From assembly GCA_951406725.2 (NCBI GenBank), contig OX597815.1:196602001-196666000 (forward strand): a stretch of 64,000 bases of DNA. Direction: 5' to 3'. Of this stretch, positions 13,729 through 27,490 are shown piece after piece (position 1 is the stretch's first letter; each line of letters begins with the position of its first letter). The DNA comes from Octopus vulgaris. Its lineage: Eukaryota. The notes under the pieces were generated by a model. The model was not told where the DNA came from. It made no database searches and worked only from the letters and a program-made list of their open reading frames with translations. The position numbers and the translations under genes were made by a program.

Positions 13729-13999
13729 GTATATATATATGTATATATATGTATATATATATATGTATATATATGTATATATATATGTATATATATATGT
13801 ATATATATATGTATATATATGTGTATATATATGTGTATATATATGTATATATATATGTATATATATATGTATATATGTATATACATATATATACGACAGG
13901 TTTCTTTCAGTTTTCGTCTACCCTTTGGTCGGCCCGAGGCTAAAGTGGAAGACACTTGGCCAAGAAGAAGCTACTTACCACACAGACACTCCTACGCCT
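12988..13999 (-). mobile_element. SINE family A with nested SINE D and an expanded internal TA/TATG tract
   Basis: Family A tail at 12988-13200 and head at 13890-13999, interrupted inside its microsatellite. Confidence 0.85.
13207..13539 (-). mobile_element. SINE family D (tRNA-Arg-like head)
   Basis: Minus strand gcgcatggctcagtggttagagcgtcgagcttACGatcgtgagg...ctcgaatccc, then gtgttcttgagcaagacactt core. Second copy at 52901-53191. Confidence 0.88.
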
Positions 14000-14536
14000 G
14001 GTACATATTTTCTGAAAAAGTAGGTTTAAATAGCGTAGTAGTGTCTGTTGTTCTTAGCTGCTGCAAAATCGAGCGGCTAGTAAATGTTATACGCTCTTCT
14101 GTACGATTGATACTGATTAATGAAGGAAATAGTGAGTGGTTCTGTAGCGAGAGGGAATCAGTATAAAATGCAGGGTTTATATGCTTTGTTATTGCTTTCG
14201 TATTCTAGTAGTACGTGTATGATTCTGATTTTTTATTAATGGCATGGACTGAACAGTGAACATCTTGGTAGTAAAAACTACAGAAAATCAATAAACGATT
14301 AATTAAAAGAAAACAGAAAGTTGTGATTCTACATCCACAAGTTGGGGTCCTTAGCGGCTAATTTTAAACTAGTGATTGTTGATAAAATCCCTTAATTTCG
14401 ACTCTTTAACTGTTAATATTTTCTATATACATTTAGAGAGAAATCCCTAAAAGTGACTTCCAAATCATTAGTGATATTTCCATAAAGTTTTAGAGACTGG
14501 AGTTACCTTCAGAGCAGAAAGCCTATTCTTATATAC

Positions 14537-14731
14537 CTATTTCTTTACTACCCACAAGGGGTTAAACACAGAAAGGACAAACAAACGGATTAAGTCGATT
14601 ATATCGACCCCAGTGCGTAACTGGTACTTATTTAATCGAGCCCAAAAGGATGAAAGGCAAAGTCGACCTCGGCGGAATTTGAACTCAGAACGTTCGCCCG
14701 GCGTGCAAACCATTCTGCCAGCTCGCCGGCC
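14537..14731 (-). mobile_element. SINE family B
   Basis: Reverse complement of family B; TSD-like cctattc(t/c)tatatac on both sides. Confidence 0.88.
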
Positions 14732-15954
14732 TCCTATTCCTATATACTATGCTGTAGTTTATTCCGTCTAATATATATTGTCAGTCGTTAATCCTATTGC
14801 TGTCTGTAGCAGTCGCACCCAGTTGCATTATGTAATCACTACTAATCACAAATCCAGTAGTCAGTAAACATCACCGGCAGTCGGCAACCATTGATTCTAC
14901 TACGTAATATGAACACCCCATTGTGAGTAACCTTTGTTTCTCGTGCAAGGAAAACCAACTTTTTCTTGAAGCAGTGAAAATCGTGACACTCAGAAAATGC
15001 ATTCGACATATCACTCGTACCAAAATTTTCGTTTCAGGATCCGATCTTGATCTAAATTGTTAATGTGTGTGAGTGTGTTAGTATGTGCATGTGTCTGTGT
15101 GCGTGTGTGTATGAGTGTGTGTGTGTGTGTGTGTGTGTGTGCATGTGTGAGTGAGTATGTGCGCATGTGTGTGAGTGTGTGTGAGTGTATTGTAATAAAC
15201 TACGTACATGAATGTATGTTATTTATACTTACTTAATGATTCGTTTTCCTTTATTGACACAAGATTGTATTTTCTCATCTGCTGCATTTTGCTGTAATAT
15301 ATTTTTTCCGTGCTTTTGTTTTGATAGGAAAATGCAAGATTTTATCTTTAAATCTTTTCTTTAGCTTTTGTATATTATTATTTCTGCTAATTTAAAACAG
15401 TGACCGACTGTTGGTATACTTGTAACCAAAATGCATCTGTGGTATGAAGGGATTTTAAGATTGGTCGTCTTTGAAACGATACGCTATCGGCCAATCGTGT
15501 GTATTACTTTATTTAAGAATAACAACCCAAAGGACCACAGTATTATGGATAAAAACTATTCCAGCAATGTCTAAAATAACAAAAGAATGGCCAATTCAGC
15601 TTTCAGCTGAAGTAGAGTTCATTAAATATATATATAAACATAAGCATTCTACATTTCTAGATTGTGAAACAGTATCCAGTCGTTTCAATTTCGGATATTC
15701 TAAATTTTCAAATGTTCGAAATGACTTCTGAAAATCTGTGAATATTCTAGGAATAAAAAAACCGGGCTGTCGTTGATATAATATGTCAGCATTCTGGAAA
15801 TATCACTTATAGCAATAATTTTTCGGATCATTATTATAAGAACCTAAGAAACTAACACCCAAGTCAAGAGTGGACTTGCATCAAAATTCCATAATGTTGT
15901 TTGGAATAATATGTAAAAATAACAAAGGCATATTACCCAAGTATATCTAAGATA

Positions 15955-16726
15955 TACTCTTTTACTCTTTTACGTGTTTCAGACATGTGACTGCAGCCAT
16001 GCTGGAGCATCGCCTTTAGTCGAGCAAATCGACACCAGGACTTAATCTTTCTAATTCTATCAGGCTCTTATGCCAAATCGCTAAGTTACGGGAACGTAAA
16101 CACACCAGCATCGGTTGCCAAGCGATGTTGAGGGGATAAACAAAGGCACCCAAAATTACACGCATACATACATACATACATACATACATACATACATACA
16201 TACATACATACATACACAAATACACACACACACATACACACACATACATACATACATACATACATACATACATACATACATACATACATACATACATACA
16301 TACATACATACATACATACATACATACATACATACATACATACATACATACATACATACATACATACATACATACATACATACATACATACATACATACA
16401 TACATACATACATACATACATACATACATACATACATACAAAATACACACACACATACATACATACATACATACATACATACATACATACATACATACAT
16501 ACATACATACATACATACATACATACATACATACATACATACATACATACATACATACACACATATACGACAGGCTTTCAGTTTCCGTCTACCAAATCTA
16601 CTCACAAGGCATTGGTCGGCCCGAGGCTATAGCAGAAGACACTTGCCCAAGATGCCACGCAGTGGGACTGAACTCGGAAACATGTGGTTAGTAAGCAAAC
16701 TACTTACCACACAGCCACTCCTACGC
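15955..16726 (-). mobile_element. SINE family A with about 400 bp internal (TACA)n expansion
   Basis: Family A halves flank the (CATA)n tract at about 16163-16560. Confidence 0.88.
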
Positions 16727-16737
16727 TCTTTATATTT

Positions 16738-16949
16738 TATCTTTTACTTGTTTTAGTCATTATATTGCGGCCGTGCTGGAGCACCACCATTAGTCGAGCA
16801 AATCGAACCCAGAGCTTATTCTTTGTAGGCATAGTACTTATTCTATCGGGTACTTTTGCCGAACCGCTAAGTTACGGGTACGTAAACAAACCGGCATCGG
16901 TTGTCAAGCGATGTTGAACGTACAAACACAGACACACAAACACACGTAT

Positions 16950-17002
<53 letters not shown>

Positions 17003-17158
17003 CATATACGACGGGCTTCTTCCAGTTTCCGTCTACCAAGTCCACTCACAAGGCTTTGATCGACCCCAGGCCATAGCAGACTTGCTGAAGGTACCACGCA
17101 GTGGGACTGAATCCAGGACCATGTGGTTGGTGACAAGCTGCTTACCACACAGCCAATT
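16738..17158 (-). mobile_element. SINE family A, adjacent copy
   Basis: Family A tail, internal CA/TA tract and head. Confidence 0.85.
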
Positions 17159-18248
17159 CTGATCAGAATTTGCAATGTAATATAATTAAAGATCTGATTT
17201 TCTTACATAATCATGTATCACTATTAGACAGCGATTTTATAGTTAACACTTTTAGCTATTCATTATGGCAAACGAGTTAAAAAGCAATTCTAAAATCATG
17301 AAACGTAAGATACGTTTCTAAGAAGAAGAAAAAGAACCTTAATATATCTTAAAATTATAAAAACTTTATTCCTGGAGAACATGCAAATCTAATAAATTTG
17401 TTTAGCCCTTGCTAAGCTTTGCTCGAGCAGCTTAACTATCTTTATGTATTTTGAGCAGGGTCTATTTAAAACCATGCTTATCCAATTGCCTATACATTTT
17501 TAAGCTGATAGGTGGGCTGAAAGGAACGTGTTCATGTCTGGAGTCCTAAGAGCTGCTCTTGATCTTTGACACATTAAGCACATGTTTGGTTAGTAAAATC
17601 AGTTATCATATCTAAACAAAATATAATCATGTTGTAATCAAATGTTTGATTTTAGCACAAATAACCCAATTTCAAAATCCCGAATTTTACCGATGTTTCG
17701 GTGCATTTGAAAGTGTAGTGTAAGTAATTTTATTGAAATTGTTTATGGGCGTATTTTCGGAATGCTTATGATGTTTCCTTTATTACCAAACGAAAATATT
17801 TATTATCATATGGATTCAAAGTTAAGGAAACTAACCTGCTCATATTAATATTTCCTCCAGTTTATGTGTAAACGTTTGTTTATAACCGGAATTCTGATTT
17901 ACCATAATAACTAAATACGACTTTTCTGATCTAATTCAGTTACGATTTCAATAAATCATTTTATATCCAAGCTGGACTGCAGAACGTATGCTACTAGAAT
18001 AACGTATATTCATGCATACATCCTTACATACACACACATATATGCAAAGAGGGAAAAAGAGAGAGAGATACATATATATACGCATATGTGTGTGTGTGTG
18101 TATGTGCGTGTTTGTGTGTTTGTATGTGTGTGTACATATATGTACAGCATTCTACGGTTATCTATTGATATGAGAGCTAATAAATAGACACTCATATAGA
18201 ATATACCGTGCGGTATAAAATTACGAACTATATACATATATATATATA

Positions 18249-18281
<33 letters not shown>

Positions 18282-18883
18282 CTTTGTATGTGTATATGTA
18301 TGCGTGTGTATATGATTGTGAGAATGTGATTATAAGACATGAAGTGTTTCTTATGAAATGCTTCCTCTAATTCAAAACAATATAGTGTTACAGTGGGTGG
18401 AAACCTTTGAGATCGAAAATATCACACAGTTACCATTTACGGAGCTATACACTGAACGTGGAGTAAATTACTGCAACATAACGCATCATTTATTCCTCTC
18501 GGTGTGTCAATGATACACAAAGGGCTTCCATCAAAATGCAGGTTAATGTGAAAAGAATCTGAGTTTCTAAACATTTGAATTGATCATAATTTTAGCTGAT
18601 GATTGATATACATACATACACGCGCACGTGCAAACACACTCACACCCTTATATGCATGTATACATATATATATATATATATACCTGGTAGTAAATAATAT
18701 TACTACCCTTCTTGTTTATATTCGCATATTATATGATGGATTGATTCGTAAAATTCCTCCCGGCATGCCCGATACTGCCGTGTGAGTTTTGCGTCTGCGC
18801 AGAGATTTGAAAAGTTAAGATCTGCTAGTAGTCGGGTTCAACACATGGTCCCACATCGCTGCAGACCTCGATTAAATTTAGGC

Positions 18884-18959
18884 GACTCGCTGATGAAGCT
18901 AGCCTTAGCAAACATATTCTGTGTTTTGCTAGAAAGAAGCAGAAACCGCGGTTCGAGTT
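18884..18959 (+). ncRNA. Type I hammerhead ribozyme, unit 1
   Basis: Stem I gactcg/cgagtt; core CTGATGA at 18890-18896; stem II gct...tagcaaa/tttgcta...agc; GAAA at 18942-18945; palindromic stem III ACCGCGGT; cleavage triplet GUU ending at 18953. Confidence 0.85.
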
Positions 18960-19337
18960 GTAAAAGTTATCGGTAAACGTTTTTGATTTTAACTCTCGAT
19001 AAATTCATCCCCTTTTTGTGTTCCCAGCACTCGGCATCTTAATTTAGGAGCCCTTAATTGTATTACTACATGAATAATATTTTTCTATATGAATAATATT
19101 TTTGTCTTATGACTAATTCGTCTTTTGTGCTGGGCACCTGGTAGTAAATAATATTACTACCCTTCTTGTTTATATTCGCATATTACATGATGGATTGATC
19201 CGTAAAATTCCTCCCGGCATGCCCGATACTGCCGTGTGAGTTTTGCGTCTGCGCAGAGATTTGAAAAGTTAAGATCTGCTAGTAGTCGGGTTCAACACAT
19301 GGTCCCACATCGCTGCAGACCTCGATTAAATTTAGGC

Positions 19338-19413
19338 GACTCGCTGATGAAGCTAGCCTTAGCAAACATATTCTGTGTTTTGCTAGAAAGAAGCAGAAAC
19401 CGCGGTTCGAGTT
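19338..19413 (+). ncRNA. Type I hammerhead ribozyme, unit 2
   Basis: Identical to 18884-18959, shifted by 454; predicted cleavage after 19407. Confidence 0.85.
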
Positions 19414-19621
19414 GTAAAAGTTATCGGTAAACGTTTTTGATTTTCACTCTCGATAAATTCATCCCCTTTTTGTGTTCCCAGCACTCGGCATCTTAATTTA
19501 GGAGCCCTTAATTGTATAACTACATGAATAATATTTTTCTATATGAATAATATTTTTGTCTTATGACTAATTCGTCTTTTGTGCTGGGCACCTGGTAGTA
19601 AATAATATTACTACCCTTCTT

Positions 19622-19885
<264 letters not shown>

Positions 19886-20095
19886 TTACTTAAGTTTACC
19901 ATAAAATGCTCCATTTTTCATGCCGACCTCTACTTGGTGAAATTATTGATTACTTCTTAATTAATTAATTTTACCCTTTGTTATTACTGATATATATATG
20001 TGTGTGCGTACATGTATGTATATGCATTTACATACATATGTACGTATATGTATATATGTATATATATATATGTATGTATATACATATACATATAT

Positions 20096-20478
20096 TCTCT
20101 TTTACTCTTTTACTCGTTTCACTCATTTGACTGTGGCCATGCTGGAGCACCACTTTTAGTCGAGCAAATCGACCCCAGGACTTATTCTTTGTAAGTCTAG
20201 TCTTTATTCTATCATTCTCTTTTACCGAACAGCGAATTTACGGGGACCTAAACACACCAACTTCGGTTGTCAAGCGATGTTGGGGAGGGGGGGGGGCAAA
20301 GACAGACACACAAACATACACACACACATACATATATATATATACCAAATCCACTCACAAGGCTTTGGTCGGCCCGAGGCTATAGCAGAAGACACATGCC
20401 CAAGGTGCCACGCAGTGGGACTGAACCCGGAACCATGTGGTTGATGAGCAAGCTACTTATCACTCAGCCACTTCTACG

Positions 20479-20481
<3 letters not shown>
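20096..20481 (-). mobile_element. SINE family A
   Basis: Family A tail and head with a small internal deletion. Confidence 0.88.
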
Positions 20482-20528
<47 letters not shown>

Positions 20529-20541
20529 TATTTAATGGATG

Positions 20542-20586
<45 letters not shown>

Positions 20587-21096
20587 ATTTAATGGATGTA
20601 TATATATATATATATATATTTAATGGATGTATATATTTTCAATGTGTACAAATAAGAAGAAAACGTAAATAAATAGTTACCAGAGTAGTAAAAATTCACA
20701 AATGTGCCAAATATTGCAGACTACCTATAAATGTAGAAATTGCATGGTTAAAATGAAATGTTTTTATATAACATGGATAAATTAAGAAATGGAGACAAAC
20801 GCACGTGCTATTCAAATCATTTATACTTCCAAAATATGTTTCGAAGCGATAGGCAACCAGGTTCACCGGGTATGCGAATAAGAATATATATATAAATATT
20901 TAAGTAGTTGAATGAATTATCCTAGTATGGATAACTCGGTTAACCGATACCTGGGTAGCAAATTCCCGTCAGAAAACACGGTTGAAGCTACATGCCAAGG
21001 GCAGAGATCACGTGCTTTCGTGTGGAAATGTGTGTGTATTTTTACTCTATATAAATGAGAGAATGGAGTCGAACGACGATTTAACAAAATTCCTTT

Positions 21097-21180
21097 ATTC
21101 TCGACATATGTTTCGAAGACTGCATATTACTAATTCCGAAGGAATAAGGGGTGCATTATGCCGCCTTCTCATCAGGAAAG
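21097..21180 (-). ncRNA. Type I hammerhead ribozyme, left arm
   Basis: Reverse complement of the HHR at 21256-21340. Confidence 0.78.
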
Positions 21181-21255
21181 ACAAGGAACTTATGTCAGCA
21201 TCATGACGAACAAAAAGTTTTAGATGACTGCCCACACGGTGTCCATAGTTCCTTG

Positions 21256-21340
21256 TCTTTCCTGATGAGAAGGCGGCATAATGCACCCCTTATTCCTTCG
21301 GAATTAGGAATATGCAGTCTTCGAAACATATGTCGAGAAT
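21256..21340 (+). ncRNA. Type I hammerhead ribozyme, right arm
   Basis: tttc-CTGATGA (21262-21268), gaag...cttc stem II, GAAA (21323-21326), palindromic ACATATGT stem III, GUC cleavage at 21334, then gaga. Confidence 0.8.
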
Positions 21341-21465
21341 AAAGGAATTTTGTTAAATCGTCGTTCGACTCCATTCTCTCATTTATTTATTTATATATGA
21401 TTGATTGATTGATTGATTCTAGTTTAAGCTCATGAGCTGTGGCCATGCTGGGGCACCGCTATTGC

Positions 21466-21542
<77 letters not shown>

Positions 21543-23715
21543 ATGTATATATATATTTACACACACACACATACATATCACTTTTTGTAGGATGATTTAT
21601 TTTTATGTATGTCGTTTTTCAAACACGAAATTTTAAAATGATTTCAGCCTTTTGTAGATATCCATACTGTCTCACAGTTCTTCTATTCTTTTGTAGGTGC
21701 CGTTGGGATTTTTATCTAAGTTTTACTTCGTATTGAGCAAATTTGTATTCTGTTGAAATGTAATTCTATATTTTGCTAAAAGATTGATTGACTGCCTTTC
21801 ATGGCGTTGAAATATTATGCTGTCAATTACATGATTGTATCAAACCCATTCTCGATTCTAAAATGCCGAGGAACAAATGAAAATATATTAACAGAGTAGA
21901 CTTGTAGAAGTTTGAATGTGAACTTCATATCTGTTACTTCTTCTCACTAAATATCTTTCACATTTAATTATACCTCATGAGGTATCTTTTCTTGTACGAG
22001 TGATATTTTAAAGAATAATTTGCAGATGTGTGATATACACCAACTCAATAGACCAAATTAATACACATTAGGAAATGCAAATTGTGTTTCAGTCGATGCT
22101 AGTAGGCGAAAGAAGTAAGTATATTCGATTGAATTGACACAATCATAATAGTGGAATGTACTTTAACAAAATTGCCCTACATTTCACGTTGATAGAAAAA
22201 AGTGTGGAATGATGAGACAAATTCGGGGATGGAGTATATTTTAATATATTTCTTGTGGCAATAGGTTTGACATCTTTGAAATTCTTATCACAAAGGCGAG
22301 CGGTCTACATAATGTGACGAACAGAGACTTCCTTCATGAATTTTCTCTTTAATTCTAGATCAAAGTGCATGTGACTGAAGTGAGATAAAATAGCTTGATA
22401 TTTATGTGATTCTAAATTACCCAATTGACGTAAAAATTACCAACTTAAGGTGAAATTTCTAACAAGGGCGAAAGTAAAAGTGAAGAAATTTACGATTCTA
22501 TCAAGTATTTATCTGTCCTTCATTCTTTTGTTTGGAAATAATTTTAAAGATATGAGATTATTTGAAATTAATGTAATGTTCTTGAGAATTATTGAAAATG
22601 ACAAACTATTGAAGCAAAATTAATGATACATTGGTAGTACGTTGGTGAAATGATTGCCTGTATTGAAATAAAATGCCATTTTGTAACCTCCTTGATATAG
22701 TTAAATTTCTTAAATGAATGACGTAATAAAAAATTGGACATATAGATGCCCATACAGTAATTGCAAAAATGGGAAGGAGCAACTATATTTTAAACGGTCA
22801 TCATAAAATATCCTTAATATTCATCTCTTGTTTAAAGGCAATGTCACTCAGTTGTCACGATTAGGTGAAAATGCAAAATGAAATTGCTATTGTCAATAAA
22901 AATATACAGGGTATATAATTTTACGGACATAGGACCGAATAACTACACTTAATAATATGGGAGCTTAACACACACACGGATATTGTTTCACATTTATATT
23001 CTCCAACAAAGAGAAGCACGCAACTGTATGCAAATTCTGAAGCAATGGAACCAACTGTCGTAACGAAATTGCACTCTTTATAGTTATACTTCCAATATGA
23101 ATTTTCGTGATTTACAAATTCACAACATTGAGATATAAACACTATCCGCCATACAAATATTGAAAACATTCATACAAACAAAAACCCTTCTTCATATCAA
23201 ACGACATATCTCACCGAGAAAGATCAACCCATCAGATTATTAGGACCACTTAACGAACACTCTCCTTCCGTATGATCTCTTTAGAACAAATAATCAATAC
23301 GTGATAGAACAAGAGGTGAGAGGATCCGCAGCAAAAGGTCACTGCACCTGTAAAGGTTATAAAACATTAGTATTATATTTCATACAGGTAATACGCAAGT
23401 AAAAATCTAAATGTAAAAATTTCAATGGAGTAATGTAATTCAGATATTATGTAGAAGCATATAAAACTGTTCATCAAAAATTATCCAAACACAGTCTCCT
23501 ACATAAATTGAAATAGTTACATTCTAATCTCCAAATCAGTTGGTAGTATGCAAAGTTTCCTGTCGTCATTAGATTACTCAACAAGCATGTTTGGTATCCT
23601 GTCAAAATGTAGTTCCAGTATGTGTGTATAAGTGCATATACGTAATCTGGTACATAATCTTACGTGGTATACGAACCAGGAATTACGAACTATGTAACTG
23701 CATAATATTCTTTTA

Positions 23716-23758
<43 letters not shown>

Positions 23759-23814
23759 TATATATATACATATATATATATATAATCATATATATATACA
23801 TATATATATATATA

Positions 23815-23848
<34 letters not shown>

Positions 23849-23873
23849 CATATATATATATGTATAGATAATC

Positions 23874-23906
<33 letters not shown>

Positions 23907-24080
23907 ATATATATATATATATATATATATAATTATATGTATGTTTGTGTACATATCCATATGTATATGCATATATATCCACATATATATGTATCTCTAT
24001 GTATCAATCTGTTTATCTAACTGTCTGTCTGTCTGACCGTCTATCTATCTATCTATGTTTTATATATATATATATATATT

Positions 24081-24213
24081 TTTATATTGTATAGAGGGCA
24101 TTATTACACATAAATGCCGCACGCTAGGAGGGACTCTTAAAGTCATAACTACTTTAATTGCCCCTCCTATCGTGCGGCATTTATGTGTAATAATGTCCTC
24201 TATACAATATAAA
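24081..24213. repeat. Inverted repeat (52-bp arms, 2 mismatches) abutting (TA)n
   Basis: tttatattgtatagagggcattattacacataaatgccgcacgctaggaggg versus its reverse complement at 24162-24213. Confidence 0.85.
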
Positions 24214-24320
24214 TAAATATTTTCGAAGAAAAAAATTTACAGTTTTTTTTCTCTTATGAGGTTTTTCACGCTAACTACTTGATAATTTCTTGTTAAGATT
24301 TCTTATTCAGATTTTATCCT

Positions 24321-24386
<66 letters not shown>

Positions 24387-25121
24387 CATACATACATTCA
24401 TACATATATATCTATATATTCATCTATTTATACTCACAAACATGCATACACAATTTCCATTTTCGCAATATGTCTTTCAACGTGACGCATTAAGAAAAGA
24501 ACTATCTTTGATGTACTTCGCGTTTATCAGTAGCCCCGTGTGAATGCCTTGCATTCTAAAAGACCCCGGTCGTCATTAGTATATCATATTTCTCTACGTA
24601 TGATTCCCTCTATCGTTTATATTAATACAATAACGCATGTATTATGGTCAACACCCTAATACCTCTACAGTATACAGTAAAACAGCGGTCGGAATTACAC
24701 ACCCTCATTCAACACGGCTATCCGTCGGTAATCTGACATATGCGAGTATCGTGGACAAGGCTTTAAACATGGAATGATAGGTAAATTAGCGAAAAATAGG
24801 TGTAACTCAATGTAAGTAATATAGCTTTGATCTGCTGCTAAGCTCTGCAAATTTCGGGCAAGACGTACATGGGTTAATATCCCTGCATACATCCGAGTCA
24901 GCACCGATTCGCTCTACTTAAAAACAGCATTTTCCGCCCTGAGTCAAGTACAGAATATGTTAGTAGTCTTTCATAATTGTTGCCAAAAAAACTTCATAAA
25001 TATTTATTCATATATCCAAAACAATAGACACATCAAACTATGAGACATTAGTCACGGAAGCAATATCACAATTACACCAAAACTTTAGCCCATATATGAG
25101 TGTGTATATATACATATACAA

Positions 25122-25152
<31 letters not shown>

Positions 25153-25223
25153 GAGATATATATACACATATGTGTGTATATATATGTATGTATCTATATA
25201 TGAATATATACAGAGAGAGAGAT

Positions 25224-25259
<36 letters not shown>

Positions 25260-25307
25260 ATGCAGAGAGACATAGATAGAGAGACATACATACATACATA
25301 CAAATAC

Positions 25308-25397
<90 letters not shown>

Positions 25398-26080
25398 TCA
25401 TACAAATTCATACAAATATTAGTCCATATACATACAGAAAGGCATCATAAGGAAATACATACAGAGACATACCATACATTCACACCTATACACAGATAGA
25501 TAGATAAATATATATACACATGCACATACACACAGATACACTGACAAACAGAAGTAAAGCGAGTGTGTGTATGTCTGCGTGTAAGTGAGTGAATGAGTGA
25601 GCGTGTGCGTTGTACATGAATAATTACGTACATATATTGTATCCAGAGCAATGCGACAAGGATAACGTAAAATCAACATAAAGTGTTCGATTTTTGCATT
25701 CGTGTTATCCGGTTAGTTATTGACTATTGTAACCGGTATAATGTAAGTACCCAGTATATTTTCTCTAACTATAACATTCTGCATTCACAGGCAGCGAATC
25801 TCCGCCTGCATTGCAGCAACTTTTGCACACATCTGTGGATATGGGAAAATTGTGTCTGGAACCTGCATGTACACGTGTCAGTGAGTGTACATGTATATAT
25901 ATTTGTGTGTTTATAGTACGCCGAATAGGAAACATTTTTTTCAATTATTGATATGAATATGCGTATTTTCTAAATATTCTGCAGAAACAGGCGCATACAT
26001 GATTTTCGTTGTCTGTCAATCTGTCTATCTAAGAACCCAGACGGTGAGAATGATATATATATATATATATATATATATAT

Positions 26081-26272
26081 CATCATCATCATCATGAATT
26101 GCATTTAACGTCTGTCTTCCATGCTGGAATGGGTTGGACTGAAAAACTGGGAAGCTGGGGAGCTACACCAGGTTCCATTCTGATTTGGCATGGTTTTCAC
26201 AAATGGATGCTCTTCCTAACGCCAACCTCTCCAAGAGTGTAGTGGCTGCTTTTTACGTGCCACTGGCACCTA
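26081..26272 (-). mobile_element. 3' end of a retroposon with (GAT)n tail, family E
   Basis: (cat)n then tttaacgtc...ttccatgctgg...ggatgctcttcctaacgccaacc...gtgtagtgg; homologous to 61180-61395. Confidence 0.7.
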
Positions 26273-26469
26273 TGGCATTTACGCAACATAGTCATCGCGG
26301 TTAACTACGATCTTACTTGACTTGACAGATCTTCTCAAGCACAGTGTATTACAAACGTCTCGATCACTAGTCACTAATTCCGTGAGGTGTCACTGCCTCC
26401 ATACATATATACATATATGTGTGTGTGTGTGTGTGTAAATATAATATGTGACATTTATTCGGTAGTCAT

Positions 26470-26530
26470 GATAAAGCTCCAAGTTTCGAATGTCAGGACG
26501 GAGACCCACACCGGCATCTCTTCAGTTATC
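26470..26530 (-). ncRNA. Degenerate hammerhead ribozyme relic
   Basis: Minus strand gataa-CTGAAGA-gatg...cattc-GAAAC-ttggag(c)t-ttatc. Stem I is perfect but the cleavage triplet reads GCU instead of NUH. Confidence 0.55.
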
Positions 26531-26850
26531 CGGCCATCGAAAAAGATGCTATGAAAATGCATTTTTCGTGTGCGTATATAGACGTGTATATGGAATTTTT
26601 CGTGCGCGCGTGTTGATGTGTGCGTGTGTACGTCTATGTGCGTATATAGACGTGTGTGTGTGTGTGTGCGTGCATGCGAGTATGTGCGTATATAGACGTG
26701 TTTTACTCTTATTCCTTACATTTTACACTTTTTTTACACATTTTTCTGTATTAGGCTTTTAGCCTTGTTTTTTCTTCTGCATGTGCGTATATAAACGCGT
26801 ATATGATTTTTTTGTGTGCGCGTGTGTGTGCGATATAGCCGTGTGCAGGT

Positions 26851-26904
26851 ATCTGATAACGGAAGATCCCATACTCGAGGATATCCCAGAAACAGCTGTA
26901 AGAT
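26851..26904 (+). ncRNA. Degenerate hammerhead ribozyme relic
   Basis: atCTGATAA...ccca-GAA-ACAGCTGT-A-agat: palindromic stem III and GUA triplet; 5' core altered. Confidence 0.45.
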
Positions 26905-27146
26905 TTCGAATTTCTTCCTGTAATAATATTATATATGACTTGAGATGTTTGCTTCGCATTAAGGTTTGACGTCCTGTTTAGCAATTATATATCTGCTGCA
27001 TCGGAAATCTGCAAGGGCTCCATAAATACCGTCTTGGCTATAACGTTAGAGCTCTAGTAATTCGTTACAACACTTACCTAGCGTACGTAATCGTTTAGAT
27101 CACCATAATTTGTATAGCTATATTTATATATACATAAACACACACG

Positions 27147-27178
<32 letters not shown>

Positions 27179-27189
27179 AACACGCATTG

Positions 27190-27439
27190 AGTCGAACCAG
27201 GGGCAGCTGATGAAGGGGAATATTCCTTGTATTGTTTGTCTTGTACTCTGTTTTTGTGTTGTTAAAAAAGTCCGTTTCCTTGTTTGTTTTTATGTCTTCG
27301 TTTCTCGTTGTGTTCTACGTTTATTTGTGGTGTCCTGTACCCATATATATATATATATATATGCATGTATATATACATATAGATGTAGGTATGTACATAT
27401 ATGTGTGTATGTATGCATATATTTTATTTGTTAAATTTT

Positions 27440-27440
<1 letters not shown>
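27190..27440. repeat. Unclassified interspersed repeat (homolog at about 55790-56010)
   Basis: gaagggg..ttccttgt..gtcttgtactc...cgtttctc.ttgtgttc...ggtgtcctgtac.catatat...gtaggtatgtacatatatgt is shared by both loci. Confidence 0.7.

Positions 27441-27490
<50 letters not shown>

Larger units (their letters stand above)
21051..21386. mobile_element. Foldback element, 140-bp arms with 56-bp spacer, Penelope pseudo-LTR-like, HHR in each arm
   Basis: 21051-21190 is the reverse complement of 21247-21386 with one mismatch seen; each arm has an HHR followed by AATAAA. Confidence 0.85.

Noticed and set aside
13448-14166. Long ORFs rich in Y/I/C/V/H/T (also at about 16016-16756, 25072-25499, 50111-50596, 57938-59200)
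   Set aside because: Translations of TA, CA and TACA microsatellites that simply lack stop codons.
18782-19430. Identical 64-aa ORFs in the 454-bp units
   Set aside because: GTG start, no recognisable motif, overlaps the ribozyme; identity follows from the recent duplication.
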